NCBI GenBank assembly: GCA_963555815.3
Contig: CAUVWX020000002.1
Location: 416,001-480,000 of the forward strand
Direction: 5' to 3'
Length of the DNA: 64,000 nucleotides
Source: a bacterium
GTDB taxonomy: Bacteria > UBA8248 > JACPRG01 > G963555815
Below, one piece after another: positions 38,466 through 49,326 of the stretch; positions within the stretch are counted from its first letter, which is position 1; each line of letters begins with the position of its first letter. Below the pieces are notes generated by a model. The model was given only the letters and a program-made list of their open reading frames with translations, was not told where the DNA came from and did not search any database. A program made the position numbers and the translations under genes.

Positions 38466-39671
38466 ATGAGTTCTGACAGTTACATCGCCCTTTCCGAGAA
38501 ATATCTCGCCAAGACCTACGGGCGCTTTCCCTTGGTCCTGGTGCGGGGGAAGGACTGTCAGGTCTGGGACGCCGACGACAAGTGCTATACGGACTTCATT
38601 GCCGGCCTCTCGGTCGTCAACCTGGGGCACTGCCATCCCAAGGTGGTGGCGGCCATCCGGGAGCAGGCGGGGACTCTCATCCACGTGTCAAACTTCTATC
38701 ACATCCCCCCCCAGATCGAGCTGGCGCAACGCCTGGTCGAGGCCTCCTTTGCGGACCGCGCCTTCTTCTGCAACAGCGGGGCCGAGGCGAACGAGGCCGC
38801 CATCAAGCTGGCTCGTCTCGTCGGACAGACTCGAAGGGGCCCAGAGTGCTATGAGATCATCACGCTGGAAAACTCCTTTCACGGAAGAACCTTTGGGGCC
38901 CTCTCGGCCACAGGCCAAGAGAGCTACCGAAAGGGCTTTGGGCCCCTTCTCCCGGGCTTTCGATATGTCCCCTTCAACGACCTCGGGGCCGTGGGGGGGG
39001 GCATCTCCAAGAAAACCTGCGCGGTCCTGATCGAGCCCATCCAGGGAGAGGGCGGAGTGGTAATGCCGGACCCAGGCTATCTCCAGAGACTTCGCGCCCT
39101 CTGTGACAAAGAGGAGGTGCTCCTCATCTTTGATGAGGTCCAGACGGGGATGGGCCGGACGGGGAAGCTCTTCGCTTACCAGCATGAGGGGGTCGAACCA
39201 GACATCATGACGCTCGCCAAGTCTCTCGCAGGAGGGACCGCGATGGGGGCCATGCTGGCCAAGGAACCTTATATCTCGGCCTTTTCTCCCGGGACCCACG
39301 CCAGCACCTTCGGCGGGAATTATGTGGCTTCGGCGGCGGCGTTGGCGGGCATGGAGGTCCTTCAAGACGGGATCGTGCTCAAGAACTGCCGCGAGATGGG
39401 CGCCTACTTCAAGGGGGCCCTAGAGACCCTTCGGGAACGACACCCCTGCATCCGCGATGTCAGGGGCCAGGGGCTCATGCTGGGGATGGAGCTGGACCAC
39501 GAGGGGGCAAAATACGTGAAGCACTGCTGGGAGCGGGGTTTCCTCATCAACTGCACTGTGGAAAAGGTGCTTCGCTTTCTTCCCCCTCTCACCATCGGTC
39601 GGGAGGCCATCGACTCCCTGGTGGGCGTCCTTGATAATCTCTTCCTCGATCACGAGAAAGACTCGCGCTGA
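38466..39671 (+). CDS. argD: Acetylornithine aminotransferase
   Basis: NSGAEANEAAIK, SFHGRT, EPIQGEGG, DEVQTGMGRTG, HASTFGGN; next to argF/argG. Confidence 0.93.
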   Translation: MSSDSYIALSEKYLAKTYGRFPLVLVRGKDCQVWDADDKCYTDFIAGLSVVNLGHCHPKVVAAIREQAGTLIHVSNFYHIPPQIELAQRLVEASFADRAFFCNSGAEANEAAIKLARLVGQTRRGPECYEIITLENSFHGRTFGALSATGQESYRKGFGPLLPGFRYVPFNDLGAVGGGISKKTCAVLIEPIQGEGGVVMPDPGYLQRLRALCDKEEVLLIFDEVQTGMGRTGKLFAYQHEGVEPDIMTLAKSLAGGTAMGAMLAKEPYISAFSPGTHASTFGGNYVASAAALAGMEVLQDGIVLKNCREMGAYFKGALETLRERHPCIRDVRGQGLMLGMELDHEGAKYVKHCWERGFLINCTVEKVLRFLPPLTIGREAIDSLVGVLDNLFLDHEKDSR

Positions 39672-39730
39672 GAGGTTTTTGTTATGAAATGTCTCCCTTC
39701 GATTGCTGGCCTGTTTGAGTCCCGCCTGAC

Positions 39731-40657
39731 ATGAAGCATCTTCTTTCCATCAGGGGCCTCGAAACGGGAGAGATTCAGGACCTCTTCAAGAAGGCCCGGG
39801 AGCTCCGAGAGCGCCATCGGCTGGGAAAGACCTACCAGCCTCTTTTGGGAAAAACGCTTGGGATGATCTTCTATAAACCCTCGACGAGGACCCGGGTTTC
39901 TTTCGAGGTGGCCATGTTCCAGCTTGGGGGGCACGCCCTCTATCTCAACGCCGAGGACATCCAGATCGGACGCGGGGAGACCCTCGCCGACACAGCCCGT
40001 GTCCTTTCCGGCTACGTGGACGCCGTCCTCATCCGGACCTTCTCTCAGGGGGATCTGGAAGAGTTCGCCCGCCACTCCTCCGTCCCTATCATCAACGGCC
40101 TCACGGACCAGGCCCATCCCTGCCAGGTCCTGGCCGACCTCTTCACAGTCGGAGAGCATTTTGGGAGACTCGAAGGATTGAAGTTCGCCTACGTAGGGGA
40201 CGGGAACAACGTGGCCCACTCCTGGCTCCTCGCGGCCGGGAGGCTCGGCCTTCACCTCTCCCTTGCAACCCCCAAGGGATACGGCCCCCGCGAGGAGGTC
40301 CAAAAAGAGGTTCTGGCTCTCTCGAAGAAGAGCGGAGCCCGGGTTGAAGTCGGCACCGACCCGGTGGAGGCCGCACGAGGGGCGCACGTCCTCTACACGG
40401 ACACCTGGATCAGCATGGGAAACGAGGCGCAGCGGTCTAAACGCCTGAAAGACTTCCAGGGCTACCGGGTCGATGAGACCCTGCTGGCCATGGCAGACCC
40501 GAAGGCCATCGTCATGCACTGCCTCCCAGCCCACCGGGGAGAGGAGATCTCCGCCGCCGCCATGGACGGACCCCAGAGCGTCATCTTCCAAGAGGCGAAA
40601 AATCGTCTCCACGTCCAGAAGGCGATCCTCGTCAGCCTGTTGAAGGCCACAGACTGA
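39731..40657 (+). CDS. argF: Ornithine carbamoyltransferase
   Basis: [23 protein letters not shown]. Confidence 0.96.
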   Translation: MKHLLSIRGLETGEIQDLFKKARELRERHRLGKTYQPLLGKTLGMIFYKPSTRTRVSFEVAMFQLGGHALYLNAEDIQIGRGETLADTARVLSGYVDAVLIRTFSQGDLEEFARHSSVPIINGLTDQAHPCQVLADLFTVGEHFGRLEGLKFAYVGDGNNVAHSWLLAAGRLGLHLSLATPKGYGPREEVQKEVLALSKKSGARVEVGTDPVEAARGAHVLYTDTWISMGNEAQRSKRLKDFQGYRVDETLLAMADPKAIVMHCLPAHRGEEISAAAMDGPQSVIFQEAKNRLHVQKAILVSLLKATD

Positions 40658-40689
40658 AAAGTACCCCGAGCCAGAAAGGGAGAAAAGAA

Positions 40690-41895
40690 GTGAGCCGGGA
40701 AGTAAAAAAGATCGTTCTTGCCTATTCAGGGGGGCTCGACACCTCGGTCATCCTGAAATGGCTGAAGGAGACCTACACCTGTCCGGTCGTCGCCTTCGTC
40801 GCCGACATCGGCCAGGATGAGGATTTCGAGGCCATCAAGGGAAAGGCCGCCTCAAGCGGCGCCGAGAAGTGCGTCGTGGAAGACCTGAAGGAGACCTTCG
40901 TCAAGAACTTCGTCTTTCCCATGCTGAGGGGGGGGGCTGTCTACGAGGGGGCTTATCTGCTCGGAACTTCCATCGCCCGGCCCCTCATCGCGCAGGCCCA
41001 GATGGATCTCGCCCGGCGTGAAGGAGCCGACGCCGTCGCCCACGGGGCCACGGGAAAAGGAAATGACCAAGCCCGCTTCGAGTTGACATACCTCTCTATC
41101 GACCCTGGGATCCGAATCATCGCCCCTTGGCGCGAGTGGGATTTCAGGGGCCGAGAGAGCCTCATGACCTATGCCAAGGCCCAAGGGATACCCGTTCCGG
41201 CCACAAAAAAGAGCCCCTATAGCATTGATCAGAACCTCCTCCACACAAGCTTTGAGGGGGGGGCTTTGGAAGACCCCTGGGCCGAGCCCCCGGGGGACAT
41301 GTATCTGATGACGACCTCGCCCGAGGGGGCACCCGAGCAGCCCGCCTATGTGGAGATTGAATTCGCTAAAGGGAACCCAGTGACTGTGGATGGGAAGACC
41401 CTTTCGCCGGAGGTTCTCCTGGCGAAACTGAACGAGCTCGGGGGTGCCCACGGCGTGGGGCGGGTCGATCTCGTGGAAAACCGCATGGTCGGACTGAAAT
41501 CCCGAGGCGTCTACGAGGCCCCGGGCGCAACCATCCTCCACGCGGCAAGACGGGCCCTTGAGTCCATCGTCCTCGACCGTGAGGTCCTCCACATCCGGGA
41601 CGGTCTGATGCCTAAATATGCCGAGCTTATTTACTACGGCTTCTGGTTTGCCCCGGAACGGGAGATGCTCCAGCGGGCCTTTGACGAGGCTGCAAAGGAG
41701 GTGACCGGAACGGTCCGGCTCAAACTATATAAGGGCCAGTGCGTCGCCGTCGGCAGAAAGTCGCCTCGCTCCCTCTATAGCCAAAAACTCTCCACCTTTG
41801 AGGCCGGGGAGGACTACCGACAAAAAGACGCCGAAGGTTTCATCCGGTTGAACGCCCTTCGGCTCATGATGCGGGCCTCTCGGGACAAGACCTAA
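40690..41895 (+). CDS. argG: Argininosuccinate synthase
   Basis: [31 protein letters not shown]. Confidence 0.97.
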   Translation: MSREVKKIVLAYSGGLDTSVILKWLKETYTCPVVAFVADIGQDEDFEAIKGKAASSGAEKCVVEDLKETFVKNFVFPMLRGGAVYEGAYLLGTSIARPLIAQAQMDLARREGADAVAHGATGKGNDQARFELTYLSIDPGIRIIAPWREWDFRGRESLMTYAKAQGIPVPATKKSPYSIDQNLLHTSFEGGALEDPWAEPPGDMYLMTTSPEGAPEQPAYVEIEFAKGNPVTVDGKTLSPEVLLAKLNELGGAHGVGRVDLVENRMVGLKSRGVYEAPGATILHAARRALESIVLDREVLHIRDGLMPKYAELIYYGFWFAPEREMLQRAFDEAAKEVTGTVRLKLYKGQCVAVGRKSPRSLYSQKLSTFEAGEDYRQKDAEGFIRLNALRLMMRASRDKT

Positions 41896-41930
41896 GAACT
41901 GTGCGCCTTGGGTCACGGGAAGATTTTTCA

Positions 41931-42443
41931 TCAAAGCAGGCCCCACACGAAAACCCCCACCATGGCCCATGCCAAGGCGATCTTGAGGAGCCCTCCCTAC
42001 AACCTTCCCAGGAAAACCCCATAGCCCGCCCCAAGAGCTCTGGACCGCGTCTTCCCAGACAAAAGCTCTCCCGCAACACCCCCTGTCAGGGTCCCCAGGA
42101 GGCCCCCTGGGATCGCCCCCAGCCCGAACCCAAACCCGGCTCCCACGATCCCACCCACAAAACCTCCGAAAAAACCTCCCCAGAAGCCCGCCCTCGACGC
42201 GCCGTAACGCTTTCCACCCCAAATCCCCACCAGAAACTCGATCCCTTCAGCCGTCGCAGCGAGGACTGCCGCAATCCACAGGGAGGTTCCGTCAATGGCG
42301 CGAAAGTCCGTGAGAAATCCGTAGCCCAGCCCTGCCCCCAAGATCACGAGGGTGCCGGGAAGGCCAAAGGGGATCGAGAGGAGACCGGCCAGAAGAAGGA
42401 GGAGGAAGAGGCCGAGCCAGAGGATAGAAAAGAAGATGTCCAA
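41931..42443 (-). pseudogene. DUF456 membrane protein with in-frame TAG near the C-terminus
   Basis: GLPGT, KRYGASRAG; VFLGRL*GGLLKIALAWAMVGVFVWGLL* continues in frame past TAG 41997-41999. Confidence 0.7.
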
Positions 42444-42498
42444 AGCCTCTCCGTCCCGGGATCTCTCCGGAGACTTGCGGGGCCTCTGTCTAGATCCC

Positions 42499-43425
42499 TC
42501 AGGCCCCTTTCTTTTTCTTCAGGAAGTCCACGCCCCTGGCCCCCGGGGACCAGGCGATGAGGATGGGGGATGCGATGTAGATGGAGGAGTAAGTCCCCGC
42601 GATGATCCCGACGAGGAGGGCGAAGGCGAAGTCTCGGATCACCTCTCCGCCCAAGGCAAAGAGTGCCACAACGACGAAGAGGGTCGTCCCCGACGTCAGG
42701 ATTGTCCGGCTCATGGTCTGGTTGATGCTGGTGTTGATGATGTCGGAAAAGGCCTCCCGGCGGCGGAATTTCAGGTTCTCCCGGATGCGATCAAAGATCA
42801 CGATGGTGTTGTTCAGGGAATAGCCGATGATGGTTAAAAAGGCCGCGATGACAGGAAGGGTGAACTCACGGTTCGTCAGGGAGAAGGCCCCCATGGTGAT
42901 CAGGACATCGTGGGCGAGAGCCACCACAGCCGCAACGGCGAACCGGACTTCAAACCGCCAGGCGATGTAGATGAGGATCCCAATCATGGCGTAGAAGAGG
43001 GCCAGAAGAGCCTGCCGGCGAAGATCATCGCCCACCTGTGGGCCCACGATCTCCACCCGGCGGACCTCGAATCTCCCTTCCCCGAAGGACTCTGTGAGGG
43101 CCTTCTGGGCCCTCTGAGAAAGGGTCGTTGCATCGTCATCAGATTTCTCGACGCGGATTAAAACTTCTCTCGGGTCCCCGAACTCCTGGACCGTCGCATC
43201 GCCGATGCCAAGACCCAGGACAACCCTGCGCACCTCGGAGATGGAGGGGGCCTCATTGAAGCGAACCTGGATCATCGTCCCCCCGGCGAAGTCGATGCCG
43301 TAATTGGGCCCCCCCCTCACCCCAAGGGAGACAAGACCGACGAAGATGGCAAGACCCGAGAGGAGGAAGGCCCGCTTCCGCCAGGCGACAAAGTTGAAAT
43401 TAATATCAGGCCTGAAGAGCTGCAT
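42499..43425 (-). CDS. secF: Protein translocase subunit SecF
   Basis: GIDFAGG, VGPQVG, HDVLIT, IGYSLN, FDRIRE. Confidence 0.96.
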   Translation of the reverse strand: MQLFRPDINFNFVAWRKRAFLLSGLAIFVGLVSLGVRGGPNYGIDFAGGTMIQVRFNEAPSISEVRRVVLGLGIGDATVQEFGDPREVLIRVEKSDDDATTLSQRAQKALTESFGEGRFEVRRVEIVGPQVGDDLRRQALLALFYAMIGILIYIAWRFEVRFAVAAVVALAHDVLITMGAFSLTNREFTLPVIAAFLTIIGYSLNNTIVIFDRIRENLKFRRREAFSDIINTSINQTMSRTILTSGTTLFVVVALFALGGEVIRDFAFALLVGIIAGTYSSIYIASPILIAWSPGARGVDFLKKKKGA

Positions 43426-43434
43426 CTTCCTTCC

Positions 43435-44994
43435 CTAGATGGCGAGGGCGCGGACCTCGCGGCGCGTAAGAACAAGGTCGTAGACGACCCTCGTCACGAA
43501 AATGGCCGTGAACATGCTGGCCAGGATCCCGATGGAGAGGGTCACAGCAAAGCCTTTGACCGGACCCGTGCCGAACTGGAAGAGGACGACGGCGGCGATG
43601 AGGGTCGTTATGTTCGCGTCCATGATTGTCAAGAAGGCCCGTTTGTAGCCCTGCTCAACGGCCGCTCGGATGGTCTTGCCAAGGCGAAGCTCTTCCCGGA
43701 TGCGCTCAAGGATGAGGACATTGGCATCCACGGCCATACCGATGGTTAGGAGGATCCCTGCAATCCCAGGAAGCGTCAGGGTGGCTCGAAGCCCGCCCAA
43801 AGCCCCCATCAGGATGACGAGATTCAGGAGGAGGGCAAAATCCGCCAGGAGTCCCCCAAGGCGGTAATAAATCGCCATGAAGAGCACGATCCCGATTCCA
43901 CCGATGAGAATGGAGATGAGGCCTGTGCGGATGGAGTCCCGGCCCAGGGAGGGACCCACCGTCCGCTCCTCCAAGATGGTGACAGGTGCGGGTAAAGCGC
44001 CCGCTCGAAGAACGATGGCGAGGTCACGGGCCTCTTCAGAAGTGAAATTTCCCGTGATAGAGGCCTGTCCGCCCGAGATCCGGTCTTGGATCACAGGCGC
44101 CGAGTAGACCCGGTTGTCTAGGATGATGGCCAGGCGCCGCCCGATGTTAGCCGACGTGACCCGCTCGAAGATCCGTCCCCCCTGAGCGTCAAACTCAATG
44201 GACACGACGGCTTCCCCTCCAACTCCGCCACTGTGCCCTCCAATGGAAACTCGGGCGTCTCTCAATGAGGCACCGGTCAGGAGCGTCCGCCGCTTCACCA
44301 GAAAGGGGTTCCGGACCTCCTGCCCACTGTGCGAGTCGGTCTCGACCTGGTAGAGAATCTCATCCCCCGGCGGGATCCGGCCCTGAAGAGCATCGTCTAA
44401 ACTGTTCTGGTCATCCACGAGCTTGAACTCCAGGAGAGCGGTCCGGCCGATGAGCTCTTTTGCCCTCTCGGGGTCCTCGATGCCGGGGAGCTGGACGATG
44501 AGACGGCGGTCGCCCTGGCGCTGGAGCGTCGGCTCGGCTACGCCAAACTGATCCACGCGGTTCCGGATGGTCTCCATGGCTTGGTCCACCGAGAGCGCCT
44601 CGACGTCTTCCCGGCGAGAGGCTCTCAGCTGGATGCTGAGTTCCCCGTCCGGCTGCTGTTCCACCACCAGATCAGCGAAGTCCTGGGCAAGCAGCTGGTC
44701 GAGTTTTAGACGGTCGGCGTCCGAGGCGACGGAGACATGGATGATGGCCCCCTCGCGCCTGAGACCCTCGTACTGAACCCCCTGACGGCTCAGCCGGCGG
44801 CGAATGTCCCCAAAGAAGCGCTCCATGGAGGCTTCGACGGCCTTCTCAGCCTCCACCTCCAGAAGCAGATACATCCCGCCCTGGAGGTCAAGACCCAGCT
44901 TGATCGTGTTCTTAAGAGGCAAGGAGTACCAGAGAGAGGCCGCCACGACGGCCAGGATGAAAGCAATCTTCCAAACAAAAGGGGATTTCGTCAT
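43435..44994 (-). CDS. secD: Protein translocase subunit SecD
   Basis: LGLDLQGG, RVDQFGVAEP, LRAGALPAP, GMAVDANVLI. Confidence 0.97.
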   Translation of the reverse strand: MTKSPFVWKIAFILAVVAASLWYSLPLKNTIKLGLDLQGGMYLLLEVEAEKAVEASMERFFGDIRRRLSRQGVQYEGLRREGAIIHVSVASDADRLKLDQLLAQDFADLVVEQQPDGELSIQLRASRREDVEALSVDQAMETIRNRVDQFGVAEPTLQRQGDRRLIVQLPGIEDPERAKELIGRTALLEFKLVDDQNSLDDALQGRIPPGDEILYQVETDSHSGQEVRNPFLVKRRTLLTGASLRDARVSIGGHSGGVGGEAVVSIEFDAQGGRIFERVTSANIGRRLAIILDNRVYSAPVIQDRISGGQASITGNFTSEEARDLAIVLRAGALPAPVTILEERTVGPSLGRDSIRTGLISILIGGIGIVLFMAIYYRLGGLLADFALLLNLVILMGALGGLRATLTLPGIAGILLTIGMAVDANVLILERIREELRLGKTIRAAVEQGYKRAFLTIMDANITTLIAAVVLFQFGTGPVKGFAVTLSIGILASMFTAIFVTRVVYDLVLTRREVRALAI

Positions 44995-45076
44995 GGGGGA
45001 ACGAATTTCAGGACCCAGGCCCTCAAGGGCAAAGGTCCGGCACCTTCAAGGGGAGATATCTGAAGTTCAGGGGAGA

Positions 45077-45451
45077 TCACTCCTCTTCGGCAGCCTCTTT
45101 GGTCTCCACACCTTTTACCTTCTTGAGGGAGGCCCTCCCCGACCGAGCGGCGATAGCGCTTCGCTGCACCCTGATCCGAACCTGTTCAGCTATCTGAAGC
45201 CATACCACGTCATCCTTGAGCTTAGTGACAACGCCGTGAATCCCCCCAGAGGTCAGGACACGGTCTCCCTCCTCGAGGCTGTCCAGCATCATTCGCATTT
45301 CTGCTTTCTGCTTTTGCTGAGGCCGGATCATGAGGAAATAGATGACGGCGAAGACCAAGATGAAAGGAAGGAATGACCCAAGGGGGCTTGGCCCGCCGCC
45401 TCCTCCTCCTCCGAACCCCCCCCCCAGCGCGTAGGCCGTCTCAATCCACAT
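45077..45451 (-). CDS. yajC: Preprotein translocase subunit YajC
   Basis: YFLMIRPQQK, GDRVLTSGGIHG; directly upstream of secD. Confidence 0.95.
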   Translation of the reverse strand: MWIETAYALGGGFGGGGGGGPSPLGSFLPFILVFAVIYFLMIRPQQKQKAEMRMMLDSLEEGDRVLTSGGIHGVVTKLKDDVVWLQIAEQVRIRVQRSAIAARSGRASLKKVKGVETKEAAEEE

Positions 45452-45696
45452 CTTCCCGCCTCCTTCACAGGGAAAAGAACACCTTCTCCCTCAGGATGTC
45501 TTTCCCGTCACGAACATCGCTAACATACAGGCCTTCTTCCACAAATTCAAGACCTCGCCTCCCACTCGACTCTTCGGCTTCCCTTCTCCCGACAAGGGTC
45601 AGACTGTGCAGAGGCCTGCGGTTGCTTATGTGGGCTTTGAGCGAAACGGTGTGTGAGACGTGTGGAAGACGGCTGGCCAAGGGGCCCTCTGCACGG

Positions 45697-46464
45697 TCAG
45701 GCGACTTTGATGGGGCCCTCGGCGCTTCCAGTGATGAACTGCCGAACCACGGGGTCCTCACACACCTTGATCTCTTCCGGGGTCCCCACGGTCAAGATCC
45801 GCCCCTCATGGATCATGGCGATCCTAGAGCCGATCTTGAAAGCCCCCCGGATATCGTGACTGATGACGACGGTGGTGATATCGAGCTTCTCCTGCGTCTC
45901 CATAATGAGACGGTCGATGGTATCGCAAAGGATGGGGTCGAGGCCCGTCGTCGGCTCGTCGTAGAGGATGATGGGGGGGTCGAGGGCGATGGCACGGGCG
46001 AGCCCCACCCGCTTTCGCATCCCTCCGGAGAGCTCAGCCGGCATCTTGTGCTCCACCCCATCCAGGCCAACCAGCCGCAGTTTCTCCCGGACCCTCTCTC
46101 GAATCTCGGGCAGACGAAGTCGGGTGCGCTCGCGGAGGGGAAAGGCCACGTTGTCGGCAACGTTCATGGAATCGAACAGCGCCGAGTTCTGAAAGAGCAT
46201 CCCAAACTTTCGCCGGGCCTTATCAAGCTCATAACCTCTCAAGCGGGTGATCTCTTCCCCGTCCACCCAGACCTCGCCCCGATCGGGCTTGAGGAGGCCG
46301 ATAATGTGCTTCAGGAGGACACTCTTTCCGACCCCGCTTTGCCCGATAATGACCATCGTCTCCCCCCGGGGGACATCGAAGGACACCCCTTGAAGGACAC
46401 GTTGGCCATCAAAGGTCTTGTGGAGATCTCGAATGGAGATCATCGCTGAAGACGTGCTTTCCAC
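45697..46464 (-). CDS. mlaF: MlaF/Mkl-type ABC ATPase (stand-alone)
   Basis: GQSGVGKS, FQNSALFDSM, LSGGMRKRVGLARA, YDEPTTGLDP, DPVVRQF. Confidence 0.85.
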   Translation of the reverse strand: MESTSSAMISIRDLHKTFDGQRVLQGVSFDVPRGETMVIIGQSGVGKSVLLKHIIGLLKPDRGEVWVDGEEITRLRGYELDKARRKFGMLFQNSALFDSMNVADNVAFPLRERTRLRLPEIRERVREKLRLVGLDGVEHKMPAELSGGMRKRVGLARAIALDPPIILYDEPTTGLDPILCDTIDRLIMETQEKLDITTVVISHDIRGAFKIGSRIAMIHEGRILTVGTPEEIKVCEDPVVRQFITGSAEGPIKVA

Positions 46465-46506
46465 TTCTCTTGGCCCTCCTTCAGGCCGCTTCCGGCTGAA
46501 CTCGAC

Positions 46507-46535
46507 ATTCTACGTAGCAGTGGTGAGGCCGTCAA
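46507..46535 (-). promoter_or_regulatory. Near-consensus sigma70 promoter for mlaF
   Basis: TTGACG-17 bp-TAGAAT on the minus strand. Confidence 0.7.
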
Positions 46536-46536
46536 T

Positions 46537-47844
46537 TCAGCCCGGTGATGCGCCCTTCCCCAGCTCTTCCGTCTCAGGCGAAAGGACATTGGGATAGCTG
46601 ACGCGGACAACCTTCCCACCCTCCAGGTAAACGCGGGGGACTCTTCGGGATAGACCACAAAAGATCTCATAGGGAAGCGTCTCGGCGAGACTCGCCATCT
46701 CCTCGGCCGAGATCCGCTCATCTCCTTGGGAACCCAGGAGGATGACCTCATCGCCCACCTCTACCCCTGGGATGTGGCCGACACTGGCGGCCAGCATATC
46801 CATAGAGACCGCGCCGACCACAGGGGCACGCTGGCCCCGGATGAGGACATCGGCCTTGTTGGTCAGAGACCGGGGATAGCCATCGGCGTAGCCCATGGGG
46901 ATGATGGCGATTCGGCTCGGGCCCTTCGTCTGAAAGCGGCGGCCATAGCCAACCGTCCGGGGGGATTGGGCTTCGTTCAAGTGGACAATGCGGCTCCTCC
47001 AAAACATCACGGGGAGATATTCGGAGACCTCGTTCGGAGACTGCCCCCCTTGTGAAGGCTGAAAACCCTGCCCAAGCTCGGGCGAAGCCCCATAGAGGAG
47101 GATGCCCACCCGGACCATGTCGAACCGCGAGTCAGGAAGGTTCAACAGGGCAGCGCTATTGGCGACATGCAGGAGGGGGGGCCGGAGATTCTTGTCGTCC
47201 AGGTCCCGGGCGAGGTCTCGAAAGAGGGACATCTGAGTTTCGGCCCCGCCCCCTCGGACCTCGGCGTCTGCAAGATGGGTCATGAGGCCCCGGACGGAGA
47301 GGCCGGGCAGGCCTGCCAGGCGCTCCAGAAAAGGCTTTGCCTCCCCAAGGGCAACTCCGAGGCGTCCCATTCCTGTATCGACCTTGACGTGAACCGCCAG
47401 CGTCTTTCCCTGGGACCCGGCGACCTCCGAGAGGGCCTCGGCCACCCTGAGGTCGCAGATCACCATCTCGAAATCCCCCGACACGGCGGCGGAGGCCTGT
47501 TCGGGAAGAGTCCCCCCAAGGACGAGGACAGGCGTCAGGACACCAAAGCGGCGAAGCTCCCAGCCCTCCTCGACCACGCCAACCCCCAACATCTCGGCGC
47601 CGGCCGCCACCGCTCTGCTGGCCATCTCCGCGGCCCCGTGCCCGTAGCCATCCGCCTTGACGACTGCCAGGACCCGAACGCCAGGCCCGACCAGGGATCT
47701 GACCCGGGCGCAGTTTTGAGCGAAGGCGTCCAGGTCCACCAGGGCCACCGTCGGCCTGAGTCCCTTTGGGAGGATATCGGATTCCAAGTGATAGCCGGTA
47801 GGCGGGGCGGAAAGGAGGGGTCCCTCAGAAGGAGCTTGAAGCAT
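46537..47844 (-). CDS. alr: Alanine racemase
   Basis: AVVKADGYGHG, KVDTGMGRLG, ANSAA, GYADGY, SMD. Confidence 0.96.
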   Translation of the reverse strand: MLQAPSEGPLLSAPPTGYHLESDILPKGLRPTVALVDLDAFAQNCARVRSLVGPGVRVLAVVKADGYGHGAAEMASRAVAAGAEMLGVGVVEEGWELRRFGVLTPVLVLGGTLPEQASAAVSGDFEMVICDLRVAEALSEVAGSQGKTLAVHVKVDTGMGRLGVALGEAKPFLERLAGLPGLSVRGLMTHLADAEVRGGGAETQMSLFRDLARDLDDKNLRPPLLHVANSAALLNLPDSRFDMVRVGILLYGASPELGQGFQPSQGGQSPNEVSEYLPVMFWRSRIVHLNEAQSPRTVGYGRRFQTKGPSRIAIIPMGYADGYPRSLTNKADVLIRGQRAPVVGAVSMDMLAASVGHIPGVEVGDEVILLGSQGDERISAEEMASLAETLPYEIFCGLSRRVPRVYLEGGKVVRVSYPNVLSPETEELGKGASPG

Positions 47845-49216
47845 TCACACCCCCGGGCTCTTGGCGGGCGGAACTGTTTTCGAACTTGGCGTACTTTCGG
47901 ATGAAGGTTAACGGGAAGATTCCCGTGGGACCATTGCGCTGTTTGGCGACGATCACCTTTGTCTGTCCCGCCAGCTCCCTTCTCTTCTCCTCGTCCTGCT
48001 CGTACATCTCTGGGCGATAGATGAAGGCGACGACGTCGGCGTCCTGCTCAATGGCCCCGGACTCTCGGAGGTCGGCCAGCTGAGGGATGCGCTCCCCACC
48101 CCGATGCTCCACCTGACGGCTGAGCTGGGACAGGGCCACGACGGGCAGGCGAAGCTCCTTGGCTAGCTCCTTGAGGGAGCGCGTGATCTCGGTGATCTCC
48201 TGCTGACGGTTCTCGGCCCGGCTCCGGCCATGGATGAGCTGTAGGTAGTCCACGATAATGAGGTCAAGGCCCTTTTCGGCTCGGAGACGCCTGGAGCGGG
48301 CTCGAATGTCCAGGGAGGTGAGGCCTGGGGTGTCATCGATATAGATGGGGGCCTCGGCCAGGACCCCGGCCGCCCGGGTGAGCTCGGGCCAGTCCGACTT
48401 GCTCAGGCGCCCCGTGCGAAGGTTCTTGAGATCGATCCGGGCCTCGGCGCACAGAAGACGCGTGGCCAGCTGCTCCTTGGACATCTCCAGGCTGAAAATG
48501 GCGACCGGAAGGTGTTGCTGGGTGCCCACGTACTCGGCCAGGTTCAGACAAAGGGCCGTTTTTCCCATGCTGGGCCGGCCCGCGATAATAATCAGGTCTG
48601 AGGGCTGAAGACCGCCGGTCATGTCGTCGAAATCCTTAAAGCCTGTCGCCACCCCTGTGACCTGATCCCCTCGCTCGTAGAGATCCTCGATGGTCTTAAA
48701 GCTGAGTTTCAGGACATCGTTAAGGGTGGTGAAGCTGGGCCGGATGCGGTCCTCTGAGATGTCGAAGATTACTTGCTCGGCCTGATCGATGAACTCCTCG
48801 ATGTCATCCGCCCCTTCATATCCTTGAGAAATGATCTCCGTGGCGGCGCTGATGAGGTCGCGAAGCAGGGCCTTCTCCTTGACGAGTCGGGCATGGGAGC
48901 TGACACTGGCGGCGGTGGGGACGGCGTCCACCAGGGCGGCCAGATAGGCCTCCCCTCCCACCTCCTCCAGGCAAGACTGCTTGCGAAGGCGCTCAGCCAG
49001 CGTGAGGAGGTCGATGGACTCATTGCGCTCGAAAAGCTCTGTCATGGCGGAGAAGATCCGCCGGTGGGCCTCCCGGTAGAAGTGCTTTTCGCGGAGGAGT
49101 TCCAAGGCCTTGGGAAAAGAAGCGTTCTCAATGAGGATGGCGCCGAGGACCGCCCGCTCGGCCTCGAGGTTTTGGGGCGGGAGCTTCTGAAGAACTTCGT
49201 CCCGGGGAAGGGCCAT
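47825..49216 (-). CDS. dnaB: Replicative DNA helicase
   Basis: PPQNLEAE, GRPSMGKT, VDYLQL, LSQLSR, LRESGAIEQDAD, KQRNGP; no intein. Confidence 0.97.
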   Translation of the reverse strand: MALPRDEVLQKLPPQNLEAERAVLGAILIENASFPKALELLREKHFYREAHRRIFSAMTELFERNESIDLLTLAERLRKQSCLEEVGGEAYLAALVDAVPTAASVSSHARLVKEKALLRDLISAATEIISQGYEGADDIEEFIDQAEQVIFDISEDRIRPSFTTLNDVLKLSFKTIEDLYERGDQVTGVATGFKDFDDMTGGLQPSDLIIIAGRPSMGKTALCLNLAEYVGTQQHLPVAIFSLEMSKEQLATRLLCAEARIDLKNLRTGRLSKSDWPELTRAAGVLAEAPIYIDDTPGLTSLDIRARSRRLRAEKGLDLIIVDYLQLIHGRSRAENRQQEITEITRSLKELAKELRLPVVALSQLSRQVEHRGGERIPQLADLRESGAIEQDADVVAFIYRPEMYEQDEEKRRELAGQTKVIVAKQRNGPTGIFPLTFIRKYAKFENSSARQEPGGVNASSSF

Positions 49217-49326
49217 GGCCTTCACCGCAAAAAGGGGGTTCGCACAAAGAAAAGAACCGTGAGTCCGATGTAAATAATAGGGCAAAAAACTACCACACAC
49301 TCGCCCGGGAGGGCAAGTTGGATCTT

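Noticed and set aside
37694..41999. Stop-codon reassignment, selenocysteine or pyrrolysine at the in-frame TGA/TAG
   Set aside because: TGA and TAG end many normal genes here, neither site is catalytic, and no sel/pyl genes are in the window
45465..45690. tgt remnant upstream of yajC
   Set aside because: Only a short LASRL resemblance; too weak to call
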